Source: a virus (lineage: Duplodnaviria; Caudoviricetes). From it: 64,000 nt of DNA. A program made the translations under genes and the position numbers. Positions 45,952 through 55,470 of this stretch are shown in pieces (position 1 is the first letter of the stretch; each line of letters starts with the position of its first letter). The notes under the pieces were generated by a model, which was not told the DNA's origin, searched no databases, and saw nothing but the letters and a program-made list of their open reading frames with translations. The stretch spans positions 1-64,000 of the IMG/VR virus record IMGVR_UViG_2909979649_000007. One strand, given 5' to 3'.

Positions 45952-48612
45952 TTAATTTTGAGAATCCACAAGCTTAAGATCAAACTTCTTATGGTCACGA
46001 TTATATTTTATGACTTCGATTTCCACCCAATCACCTTCTTCATAACTATCCAAAGACTCTATATTTTTGAGTTTGCTTTTGTGAACTAAGCCAGTTCCAT
46101 TTAAGCCAAATTCTACAAAAAAGCCATATTTTTGGATAGATACTACCTGAGCAGCAACTTGTAGTCCTGGAGGGTACTCATCTTCTAATCTTTTTACAGT
46201 ACAATATTGATAATCATTTCCAGCAACTGATGTAACATAATCGTAGATATTGGATATATAGTCATCATTTATGTTAGTATCTTCTTTGAGGATTTTTGCA
46301 TAACCCATAAAATAGCTTTTATGATATGAATTCATATAATCTATAAGGTATTTAGCATTGCTAATCTGTGACTGTTTAGAGTCATTTCTAAATTTACCCC
46401 TTCCAATGAGATTATCTGCTATGCTTTTAGCTACTTGATTTTCTCTAAATAAAGTATCTTCCGATATTGCTGATAAGTAACTTATATTTTTCAACAGTTC
46501 AAGGTGGATTATACCTGCTGGTGAAATGGAAACAAGATCTTCTATATTAATATCAGATTTCTGAGCCTCAGAGCTAACACAACCTGAGAGTATTAAGCTT
46601 GATAGCTCGATTAAAATTCTTGAATGGGAGTGACCGTAAGACTGAAGATTTTGTACCAAGCTTCCAACTTTATGGAATCCCTTTGTTTTATTAGGACCAT
46701 ACTCTCTAAACTTAGAGTGTAACCACTCTAATATAGCAATTCTAACAAATGGATCTGGAAGACTATCCTCACTATCAGAGTTAAATAGATTTTTTATATG
46801 GGACTCCTGGTCACTATAGTACTTCCTCTTTCCCTTCAAAAGTATCTTAGCTATTAAATAATTAGGTAGTCGATAATCTCCATTTGACTGCCTAACCTTT
46901 AAAATTTCACTTTCGCTAATATGTCCACTTTTACAAAAATATAATATAATTTCTAGTCCTTTTCTTATATTACGACCTGCTATTCCAGATATTATTCTTT
47001 TAAACATCCTATCTTGAAAAAGAGATGCGATCATCGACTTTAAATATTTTCCTATATCAACACGAGAGCACACAACCTTCATATCGTTTGGCAAAAAATA
47101 TACGAAGTCTGTGTTCTGTTTTTGAATTTCTCTCAGCACATAATTAAGACGTTCATATATAACTCTATCCAACAGCGGAGGATCAATTCTAAATACTAAA
47201 TCTTTTATTACAGTATCAAGTGGAGGTTCATTTCGAAATTGATCGTATGTAGTATCTCTAATTGGCAGAAAGACCATGGTCAAAAAACTGCTCTTTAGCC
47301 ATGAAGCCACCTCAAACATAAGAAGTTGATCATCGCGATTTCGTTTGTCACAATTATCTAGCACAATGACTAATAGTTTATTTTTTTTAACAAAATAATG
47401 ATTTATTATCCCTCTCAAAGTTGCACTATGATCGTGCTGCAGCCTTGTAATTTCATTATATATTACATCTATATACTTCTCTGAATCTTTTGGATATAGT
47501 GAAGCTATTTTTTCTGTTTTCTCTAGCTCTTTAGAGTATATTTTCTTTAGCTCTTCTATACTATCAAAATCTATCTTTGAGTGATTTTTTTTAATTTCAT
47601 TAATAGTTTCACTAACAATCCAAGTATATATAAGCTCTCTAGATAGAGGTGCTTTATTGAGATTTAAATTTACCCACTCAGTTGAGAGTCTTATTGACTC
47701 AGGTAATGCCTTTATGCGAAGGTAATCGGTAAATGTTGATTTTCCTGACCCCACGCTACCAATTAGAAGACATATTTCATTTGAAATTTTTTGTGTGTTA
47801 GATAGTTGTTCAGTGATTTCTGTAGGAAATTCGGTATCTTGCAGAGACCTGGCATTAATTATATGCTCAGGTATTGCAGCTCTGACTATTTTATCAATTG
47901 GAGAGATATGGGAAAGTTTTCGTTTTGATTTTACATAAGCATTTTGAACTATTGCAGCGCGATCTTCAGCAGTATCAGGATTAAATAGACATTTGTACTC
48001 TACTGAGATATTTGCACCAAATGAGTTTTCTCCAACTGTTTCATTTTTTACAGATTTTCCGCCAAGCAAGTAAACTGGTTTATAGTATTTTGCTGACTTC
48101 TTTATTTTGAGTAATATATCTTGACTTCTAGACAAGACAGTTTTTTTTGAAAGAAAATCAATTAATGCTGAAAAATTTGTATCAACTGAACTAAAATTTT
48201 TAGATTCGACAAAAATCTCGATTTTGTTTCTATCACAATATCCTGCCGCAACAACCATCCCATCTGTTACTACAATTTTCTCACATGGATTGATGTTTTT
48301 AGGATAAGATGCATTTATTTCATTTGCATATAGACGAGCTTCCCTTAACGCTTCGTCAATGTCTTCACCAGGTTTTTTAGCCTCAACTATTACTGAAGGC
48401 ACACCGTCAACAATAATTGCATAATCTGGATAATATAATTTTTTATTAGCGCCTTTATCAATAGCCAACTTTCTAATGTCTGGCTTCGTTCTAAAATCTG
48501 TATCCGAATAGCCTAAGCCTATAGGCTCCCCTTCTGTAAGAAGCCTATATATGAATTTCTGTTCTACATCACTCTCAGTTAACAATTCCAATTCACTATA
48601 AACTTTATACAT
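45952..48612 (-). CDS. HsdR-N-like nuclease, P-loop ATPase and C-terminal S1 domain in one protein
   Basis: YPDYAI...IVEAKKP; GSVGSGKST; VIVLDNCD; VVSIQKYGFFVEF...GLVHKS...GDWVEIEVI. Confidence 0.82.
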   Translation of the reverse strand: MYKVYSELELLTESDVEQKFIYRLLTEGEPIGLGYSDTDFRTKPDIRKLAIDKGANKKLYYPDYAIIVDGVPSVIVEAKKPGEDIDEALREARLYANEINASYPKNINPCEKIVVTDGMVVAAGYCDRNKIEIFVESKNFSSVDTNFSALIDFLSKKTVLSRSQDILLKIKKSAKYYKPVYLLGGKSVKNETVGENSFGANISVEYKCLFNPDTAEDRAAIVQNAYVKSKRKLSHISPIDKIVRAAIPEHIINARSLQDTEFPTEITEQLSNTQKISNEICLLIGSVGSGKSTFTDYLRIKALPESIRLSTEWVNLNLNKAPLSRELIYTWIVSETINEIKKNHSKIDFDSIEELKKIYSKELEKTEKIASLYPKDSEKYIDVIYNEITRLQHDHSATLRGIINHYFVKKNKLLVIVLDNCDKRNRDDQLLMFEVASWLKSSFLTMVFLPIRDTTYDQFRNEPPLDTVIKDLVFRIDPPLLDRVIYERLNYVLREIQKQNTDFVYFLPNDMKVVCSRVDIGKYLKSMIASLFQDRMFKRIISGIAGRNIRKGLEIILYFCKSGHISESEILKVRQSNGDYRLPNYLIAKILLKGKRKYYSDQESHIKNLFNSDSEDSLPDPFVRIAILEWLHSKFREYGPNKTKGFHKVGSLVQNLQSYGHSHSRILIELSSLILSGCVSSEAQKSDINIEDLVSISPAGIIHLELLKNISYLSAISEDTLFRENQVAKSIADNLIGRGKFRNDSKQSQISNAKYLIDYMNSYHKSYFMGYAKILKEDTNINDDYISNIYDYVTSVAGNDYQYCTVKRLEDEYPPGLQVAAQVVSIQKYGFFVEFGLNGTGLVHKSKLKNIESLDSYEEGDWVEIEVIKYNRDHKKFDLKLVDSQN

Positions 48613-48679
48613 TTCTTTTCTCTTATTCCAAATAACTATTTTATGGAATTTCCTGGTTAACTAGCATGAATTCTTTGAC

Positions 48680-49660
48680 TCAACTTTTACTATTGTATGT
48701 ATTAAAACCACTAGAATTACTTCCGACAAACCTGAAATTTGTTTTATTGAAAATTTTGAATAACCATTGTGTAAGTATAAGAAACTCATATATACTGTTT
48801 CCTATTTCATATTCTTTAGTTGATTCTTTAATAACCTCATTTCCAAGTAATTTAGATGCTTCTTCAGAATCAATAACAAAGTTATGATCTTTATAATGAT
48901 TAGTAAAATGATCAGCAAGAGAACTAGCTGATAGATTTCCAGGCAGACTTTTTCCAATTAATAACCTCTCTGCATATTGAGCTGCTGATTCGTTTAGACG
49001 TTCAAACAAGCCAAGTTGTACAACACTAACTTTCTCTGCTAAGAATTTAGCAAACATATCTGAAGCACTTGGAAATTTAGAGGTCATTTCTGCAACTTTC
49101 TCAATTGCATTAGCTAAGCCTAAAGCAGGAAACCCCTGTATTTGAGGATCAATTGGCCCCAATTCACTCAATAATCCCATATGAACTTCATTTGCTCCTA
49201 GTGCTATTAAAGTTGCTGCTGATTTAGCTAGACGAGGTACTAAAACATTAAATTTTGACTTTGCTAATTTTTTACATGTTTTGCTAATTAAGTAAGCAGG
49301 CTCAATTTGCCCCCCATTTGAATGAAGTATCATAAGAATATCTTTATCTTTAGAATCTTTTATAGCATGATATATCTGGTTTGCGTGAAAGCTATTTATT
49401 GGGTTTTCGTCATCAAACAGGTAAATTATATTGTAGCTAGATAGATTAGTTTCCTTAGTTAGATCACATAAATGGGCTGATATTATTTTTTTTATATTAT
49501 CTTCAGGTTCTTTATTTCGAAACATTTCAACATATTCTTCTTCGTTGAATTTTTTGCTTACAGTTTCTTTTTTATCTTGTTTGGTATTTGTTATTTTAAA
49601 CTCATCTACTACTTCCTTCTTATTTTCCATGCTTGCAATGTTTTCAATTGATGAGTTCAT
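48680..49660 (-). CDS. ClpP-class (SDH_sah/S49-like) serine protease, cytoplasmic
   Basis: LHSNGG, AKSAATLIALGA, ELGPIDPQ; no signal peptide. Confidence 0.85.
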   Translation of the reverse strand: MNSSIENIASMENKKEVVDEFKITNTKQDKKETVSKKFNEEEYVEMFRNKEPEDNIKKIISAHLCDLTKETNLSSYNIIYLFDDENPINSFHANQIYHAIKDSKDKDILMILHSNGGQIEPAYLISKTCKKLAKSKFNVLVPRLAKSAATLIALGANEVHMGLLSELGPIDPQIQGFPALGLANAIEKVAEMTSKFPSASDMFAKFLAEKVSVVQLGLFERLNESAAQYAERLLIGKSLPGNLSASSLADHFTNHYKDHNFVIDSEEASKLLGNEVIKESTKEYEIGNSIYEFLILTQWLFKIFNKTNFRFVGSNSSGFNTYNSKS

Positions 49661-49707
49661 GATGCCTCCTTGAAGACAGTTCTTTTATTTTATATAAATA
49701 TTTTTCC

Positions 49708-50715
49708 TTAGTTACTTACCCCAACAGCACTCACCGAACATCGACACCCCATCGATTTATTGCCTCTAAACATCACCCGCTCAATCGACCACTTACCTTG
49801 CATATGAGCAGGAAAACTCCCATCCAATTCGATTAATCCTTCAGCCACTAATAACGGATTAGCCGGCATTTCTAAAGAAATATTCACCCCTTTACGCCCT
49901 ACTTTCCTTAATTGACGTTCACCAATTTCTCTGGCTTTAGCTTCACTATCAAACAGGTGCCGTAGTTTTTTATAGGCAGGCTTTCCTATTTTCACTTCTC
50001 GTTCCTTAGCGGCTTTTCCATCCCACCAGAGAGTGACCACACCATTATATTTACCTCGACTCGGTAAAGTGGCATGTGCATTAATAAAATTATGATTTGT
50101 CGGCTGGTTATTGGCAGGCAAACCCACTTTAACAGTCGATAACTTTTTACCCGATATGCTTTTCAGCTGTCCTTTTTTAGCCAGTACATACAGCTTATTG
50201 ATAGGCTTAGCTACCGCATCATACTGCCTGGCTAACCGAGTAATAAACGACATATCCGTTTCGTCGGTTTGATCGACATGACTCACTATAATTTTAGCTA
50301 ATGCTGGATCGACGCGAGGTAAAAAACCGTGTTTTTTTACGATATTTTCAAATAACACACCGAGTGTATATTGCTCATAGGACTGTGACCGTCTTTTCTT
50401 AAACGCACTGTCATCTTTCACCTGAAATGGTGCTGCGGTGGCGACTATGGTTATTTCCATCGGAAATAATTTAGCGTTAATCCGAGTAATTAAAAACTCG
50501 CCTTTATCGTAGGGAACACCTTGATAATTCAGTATTAATCCTATTCGTTCGCCTTCTTTCGGTAGTCCAGGTAGCCCTTCTGCATCGACGACTAGTTTTA
50601 ATTGGTCAGACTGATGACCATCGGCATCGGTTAATTCCCAGGAAATGAGCCGTTGATTAATAATCTTGGCATGCGCCCCCGTCATGGTAGGATATACGCG
50701 ATAATCTAATCCCAT
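49708..50715 (-). CDS. Late control / baseplate hub protein D
   Basis: LTDADGHQSDQL and HVDQTDETDMSFITRLA. Confidence 0.9.
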   Translation of the reverse strand: MGLDYRVYPTMTGAHAKIINQRLISWELTDADGHQSDQLKLVVDAEGLPGLPKEGERIGLILNYQGVPYDKGEFLITRINAKLFPMEITIVATAAPFQVKDDSAFKKRRSQSYEQYTLGVLFENIVKKHGFLPRVDPALAKIIVSHVDQTDETDMSFITRLARQYDAVAKPINKLYVLAKKGQLKSISGKKLSTVKVGLPANNQPTNHNFINAHATLPSRGKYNGVVTLWWDGKAAKEREVKIGKPAYKKLRHLFDSEAKAREIGERQLRKVGRKGVNISLEMPANPLLVAEGLIELDGSFPAHMQGKWSIERVMFRGNKSMGCRCSVSAVGVSN

Positions 50716-50918
50716 AATTGTATAACTTGCTTTGGTTTTATCGGTTGTGGGGTGGGTACAGTGAGGGGAATACCGGCAGGTAAGATATAAGTTAGTTGTG
50801 TTATTTCTGGATTAAGCTGATAAAAAGCCTTCTCTAATTCGTCATTATCTTGCCCTAAATGCCGATACAATACATCAGCTACTGTATCACCGGCCAGGGT
50901 CGAGACGCGCATTGGCAT
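50706..50918 (-). CDS. Tail protein X
   Basis: TLAGDTVADVLYRHLG...LNP. Confidence 0.88.
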   Translation of the reverse strand: MPMRVSTLAGDTVADVLYRHLGQDNDELEKAFYQLNPEITQLTYILPAGIPLTVPTPQPIKPKQVIQLWD

Positions 50919-51288
50919 ACTCCTCTAATGACAGGGTAAATTCAATTACTTGGGGTTCCCCGGTAGGTAATATCCGTTTATGGGTTTCGGTCACTTCCAA
51001 TATTTTCCACTGCCCTAAATTGGTACCCCGGCCATCCACTAAAAAATAAGGCTGACCGGCCAGCTGCATCTGTCGTAAACGCAATAAATTATCTTCGCCA
51101 GTCACACCAAAGACCTTACCATTTACACTAATGGTATCTAAATTCGGGGCACTGAAGTGGCTTAATGGTTTACCATTCACCACTTCGGTATTCACCCACT
51201 TAACAGAAGATTTATATTGTAATTGCTCATACGCCGAGCGATGGGTAATACTGAATACAAAATCCCCTAATGCCATTTGTTGTCGCAT
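50887..51288 (-). CDS. Tail protein U
   Basis: MALGDFVFSI...IEFTLSLEEY. Confidence 0.88.
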   Translation of the reverse strand: MRQQMALGDFVFSITHRSAYEQLQYKSSVKWVNTEVVNGKPLSHFSAPNLDTISVNGKVFGVTGEDNLLRLRQMQLAGQPYFLVDGRGTNLGQWKILEVTETHKRILPTGEPQVIEFTLSLEEYANARLDPGR

Positions 51289-53873
51289 TAATCGTTATTC
51301 CTATCTGAAAGCGAACCATCCAGCCGCTCAGCTAATTGACCACTGGCCATCAGCGGTAAGACTTGGGATTGCATTTGGTTCATGACGTTGTTAGCGATGG
51401 CTTGGGTATTATTGGGATCAATGCCAGGTGGCATCATAAAACTTAGGTTAAAGGTAGGCGACACTTGTTGGTGATTATTATTGGTCACGATCTGTTGTGC
51501 GACTTTTTCCGGGGAAGGTAATTTATCGGTAATGGGTTGATTAACAATATCAGCCACCTTGGGTTTAAGCTCGACTGTTTCTTTTTCATCGTCAAACCAG
51601 CTGCCAACCCCTTCGCCAATCCATTTACCTAAACTACTCCCAGCAATACCCCCCACTACGCTACCAATGGCCCCACCAATTACCGTACCCACGACCGGTA
51701 CGACGCTTCCTACTGCCGCCCCCATGGCACCACCTGCCATCGCCCCACTTAAACTGCCGGCTATATCGCCTATCTGTCCGCCGGCTTCTGTCGCATCACC
51801 CGCCATGGCCGCATCGGCTAAGGCAGTCGCCGCCAGTCCAACGCCTAATGGCCTGACTACACGACCTGCACCTTGTAATAAACGTCTGCCCAGTCCTGGG
51901 GGCGAAGCGGCTGCCGCAGCAGGGTTGGGTAAAACGGGTAATGTACGGCCTCTGCCGGATAGTCTCCCACGTCGGCTTCGCCCTCTGTTTCTTCTACCAC
52001 GCCTTCTTCGTCTACCACCACCGTCCATCTGGCAACAACAGCAAGCACAGTTAGCGCCTAATTGTCGTCTATTGTTATTGCCTCGACCCGTACCCGCTAA
52101 GGTATTATTCAACTGTCGTAGTGACGTATTCGCTTGTTGGGTTTGGGTGGCCGTGGTCGCTGTCGTACCGCCTAACCTGGCACGGGCTCGGCGTAAATAA
52201 TTAATCCCTTGGCCAATACCGAGGGCCATTAATTTAATGGCTAATCCAGCCCCAATTAACGCCACACCACCAGCGCCAATTAAGCCGATGGTTTTAGCTA
52301 CGGTTGGATATTCCTCGGCGGCATCCGCTAATGAGTTAATAAATTCGGTGAGAGGATCAACAATGTCATTTAATACCGGCAATAACTGATCGCCCATTAC
52401 TATAAATAAGCGGTCAAAACTGTTGCCTAATAATTCTAAGTTATTCGCAGTAGTGGCTGAACGGGCCTGATACTCCTTTTCCATGGAGCTAAGGTAACGA
52501 CTTTCATCCCCGGTTAATTTGAATGCATTTTTTAAATTATCCAGGTTTTTAATTAAGGGCATCACTGCCCCTTTCGATTCTTCTCCAAATAAGGCAGAGA
52601 CTAAGGCGCTGATTTCTTCCTCGGGCATATCCTGAAAGGCTTCAAAGACCCGAATAATGGTGTTAGGCGCATCCTGTAGCATTTCACCGGCTAATAATTC
52701 CGGGTCAAAGCCTAATTGCCCCCACACTTGTTTTTGGCGTTTGGAGGCCATTTTCCCTTTGGACATGGCCCCGGTGATATTTTTTAAGGCCGTAGCAGCG
52801 ACTTCTTCAGCTGCACCACCGGATAATAAGGCAGCCGAAAAACTCGCGGCCTGGACTTCTGAAAAGCCAGAGGACATCGCCACTGATCCCTGGCGTTTCA
52901 TTACCCCAGCAATATCCTTGGCTTCTGCTGATAGGTTATTTGATAAATAATTAGTAGCATCCGCCAGCTTAATTGCCCGGTCTTGATTTAATCCCATTGC
53001 CGAACGCCAGGCGGCCATGGTTTTACCGGCTTCTTCTGCCTCAATATCAAAGGCCACACCCATTTTGGCCGCCGAGGTCGCAAAGTTTAATAACTCACCT
53101 TTGGCGATATTACTTTGGCCACCGGCGGCAATAATTTCTGATAAGCCGTCTGCGGCCATCGGGATTTTAGTGGACAGCTTCAGTATGTCACTGGCCATTT
53201 GCTTGTCTTCGCCTTTGGACCCGTCAAAGTCCACGACTTTTTTTACATCGGCAAAAGACGATTCATAATCAATGGCTTTTCTGACAGGCTGGGCCATTAA
53301 ATACCCGGCGGCGGCCACTTCCATCATGGCCCCATAGACTTTGCCCCGTTCCGCCTGGTTGGCATCAATTCGGGCTTGGGCTTGATTGACCGCCTGCATC
53401 CGTTGCTGCTGAGACTCTAAGGCATTATTGGCTTGGTTCACCGCACCCGCCATGCGGATTTGCTCAACCACTAAGCGGTTAGTATCCACACCGGCATCAG
53501 ACAACTCCCGTTGTAGATGGTCTAACCGGTTAGTTTGAGTTTGATACTGCACATTTAACTGCGAAACGGCCCGATTAACCCGTTCAAAGGTCCGCGTCAA
53601 TTGTCGGCTGGGGTTTTGGGTTTCCTCCATCTGTTGGGCTAATTGCCGTTGCTCATTTCTGGCTTCCGTGAGCGAACGACTGGTGTCTTCCATTTGCCGC
53701 TGCAATCGATCATAACTGCTCATATCCCGTTGCACGGCATTAAGCCTACGAACCTCAGAACGTTGCTCACGTAATTGTGACGTTAACTGTTCTGTAGTGC
53801 GCTGATACGACTGTAGTGGTGCCGAAAAGCGGTCTATCGCCGCAATGGCAATACTATATTGAGCGTTTGGCAT
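51288..53873 (-). CDS. Tape measure protein (TP901-type core)
   Basis: AIDYESSFADVKKVVDF, AAKMGVAFD, LFGEES. Confidence 0.92.
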   Translation of the reverse strand: MPNAQYSIAIAAIDRFSAPLQSYQRTTEQLTSQLREQRSEVRRLNAVQRDMSSYDRLQRQMEDTSRSLTEARNEQRQLAQQMEETQNPSRQLTRTFERVNRAVSQLNVQYQTQTNRLDHLQRELSDAGVDTNRLVVEQIRMAGAVNQANNALESQQQRMQAVNQAQARIDANQAERGKVYGAMMEVAAAGYLMAQPVRKAIDYESSFADVKKVVDFDGSKGEDKQMASDILKLSTKIPMAADGLSEIIAAGGQSNIAKGELLNFATSAAKMGVAFDIEAEEAGKTMAAWRSAMGLNQDRAIKLADATNYLSNNLSAEAKDIAGVMKRQGSVAMSSGFSEVQAASFSAALLSGGAAEEVAATALKNITGAMSKGKMASKRQKQVWGQLGFDPELLAGEMLQDAPNTIIRVFEAFQDMPEEEISALVSALFGEESKGAVMPLIKNLDNLKNAFKLTGDESRYLSSMEKEYQARSATTANNLELLGNSFDRLFIVMGDQLLPVLNDIVDPLTEFINSLADAAEEYPTVAKTIGLIGAGGVALIGAGLAIKLMALGIGQGINYLRRARARLGGTTATTATQTQQANTSLRQLNNTLAGTGRGNNNRRQLGANCACCCCQMDGGGRRRRRGRRNRGRSRRGRLSGRGRTLPVLPNPAAAAASPPGLGRRLLQGAGRVVRPLGVGLAATALADAAMAGDATEAGGQIGDIAGSLSGAMAGGAMGAAVGSVVPVVGTVIGGAIGSVVGGIAGSSLGKWIGEGVGSWFDDEKETVELKPKVADIVNQPITDKLPSPEKVAQQIVTNNNHQQVSPTFNLSFMMPPGIDPNNTQAIANNVMNQMQSQVLPLMASGQLAERLDGSLSDRNND

Positions 53874-54024
53874 AACGTTGTAGAGTCAGTTGATAACGAC
53901 GCAGGGCTTTATCGACCGGCCAGGATAAAATTTCCTGTTCGGTGACGTGGTAAACCAGGGGGATGGTATCGGTTAGGGTGTTAATGTCTCGACGGGAAAG
54001 CAGTCCGCCGTTTCGGTCAAAAAA
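53854..54024 (-). other. Chaperone extension via a -1 frameshift at TTTTTTG
   Basis: T6G at 54018-24; the -1 frame reads FFDRNGG...LVYHVTEQEILSWPVDKALRRY...stop at 53854. Confidence 0.7.
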
Positions 54025-54551
54025 TCCGTAATCCTCGTTTGAATATGCAACCAGTCAGGCATGGCTAGCCGATTAATTTCGGTTTCACTTAACCCGGTAC
54101 AAGCACGGGTAATAAATAAGCCTCTTAATTCCGTGGTTTTTTGTGCTTGCATTAATTCGCTGGTTTCAACAGTGGGGATTTTTAAATCAATGTTATTAAT
54201 CAGCTGATCATCATCGCCTTTAATCGGTACCAACAACGCTGGATGGTCTTTATCAAAATCCTCGCCCAGTTTTTCAAAAAAATAATCCGCGCCTTTACTG
54301 ACTAGATCAATGAGTTTGTCTTTAATACTGTTCCAGTCGGGCGTATTTAACCGTTTAATTTCACTGATCGATAATCCACAGGATAATTGGGCTAACCGAT
54401 ATAAAGCTTCATTGTCTTCTGGCTTGTCTTTTAAAGCGTTAACGTGATCCTTTCGGTTAACCGGTTTTAGGGTGACTTGGGTTAAAGGCTGGTCTTTATC
54501 ATCCGTAATTGCCCAGCGTAATTGATAGACTTCGGGTGTCCATTGGGTCAT
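53973..54551 (-). CDS. Tail assembly chaperone (duplicated gp41-like domain)
   Basis: Two GLS..EI.RL..PDW units. Confidence 0.85.
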   Translation of the reverse strand: MTQWTPEVYQLRWAITDDKDQPLTQVTLKPVNRKDHVNALKDKPEDNEALYRLAQLSCGLSISEIKRLNTPDWNSIKDKLIDLVSKGADYFFEKLGEDFDKDHPALLVPIKGDDDQLINNIDLKIPTVETSELMQAQKTTELRGLFITRACTGLSETEINRLAMPDWLHIQTRITDFLTETADCFPVETLTP

Positions 54552-54625
54552 AATAATTTACCTTTTAAATAAATAATTAAATTATGGATTTCACTTAAAT
54601 TACAATGAAGTTAAATAGCTAAATA

Positions 54626-54961
54626 TTGATCAAAAAGCATATCATTACTAAACTAAATTTATACCAACTTCTCAGTGAGAGATTTATGAGTATGTCTTGT
54701 TTAGGTGATTGTGGAAAGCTTCCCACCTTGATTCATTCTAAAACCCATAATTCCTATCTTATTAATTGCTCTGTGTGTGGAAAATATGCTGTTTCAGAGT
54801 CTTTATGGGCAGAACAGTGTATGTCGCCTGTGCATTACTTTCAGAATGAATTTAAACAGCTCATTAACGGTACTTATAAAAACAAAGTGATTAGTTTAAA
54901 TGATCTAATGACAAAAGAATTTATGGATATTAAATTATTGAATACCAAAAATTATCTTTAA
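54626..54961 (+). CDS. Small Cys-motif protein (moron, antisense)
   Basis: CLGDC...CSVCG; AT-rich; inserted between tube and chaperone genes. Confidence 0.55.
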   Translation: MIKKHIITKLNLYQLLSERFMSMSCLGDCGKLPTLIHSKTHNSYLINCSVCGKYAVSESLWAEQCMSPVHYFQNEFKQLINGTYKNKVISLNDLMTKEFMDIKLLNTKNYL

Positions 54962-54963
54962 AT

Positions 54964-55470
54964 TCAAGGTAAACCTAATCCCCGCCGATCCTCCGCAAAA
55001 ATATCCCCCTGACCTAAATCGATTTTCTGGGTACGGGTATTAATATCACAGAGGGTTTTGCCATTTTCGGTTTTCTTAAAGGCGATACAGCTGCCACTGA
55101 TGGTCACTTCGGGTTTACTGCCCATCTTAATGGCTTCTTCTTTAATCCCAGTGAGTTGGCCGGATAAACTGTAGTGGATAATAAACTTACCGCCGTCTTT
55201 ATCCCGTTCGGCGGCTTTAATATCTACTTGGCAGATTTCCCCGTGTTTTAGGCCGTATTGTTGTAATAGCTCTACACCCGCCCCAGCAATTTTTAATTCG
55301 AAAGTGAGTTTTTCTAACCCCACCCAGACTTCATCAGGAATAAATTTACCGCCCTGACTGTCTTCCATTTTGTGTTTCAGTTCTGGCGGGGTAAATTCTT
55401 CTACCTCAGCCATTAACGGATGCCCGTTAACATTGGCACTTAACATCGTGCGATAACGTTGTTCAGCCAT
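54964..55470 (-). CDS. Major tail tube protein
   Basis: VEEFTPPELK...GLEKLTFELK...ID. Confidence 0.88.
   Translation of the reverse strand: MAEQRYRTMLSANVNGHPLMAEVEEFTPPELKHKMEDSQGGKFIPDEVWVGLEKLTFELKIAGAGVELLQQYGLKHGEICQVDIKAAERDKDGGKFIIHYSLSGQLTGIKEEAIKMGSKPEVTISGSCIAFKKTENGKTLCDINTRTQKIDLGQGDIFAEDRRGLGLP

Noticed and set aside
51559-52200. 213-aa Pro/Ala-rich plus-strand ORF, and similar antisense ORFs (7269, 9683, 27026, 32467, 33850, 61331)
   Set aside because: These are shadows on the opposite strand of well-supported genes, with no motifs or RBS.
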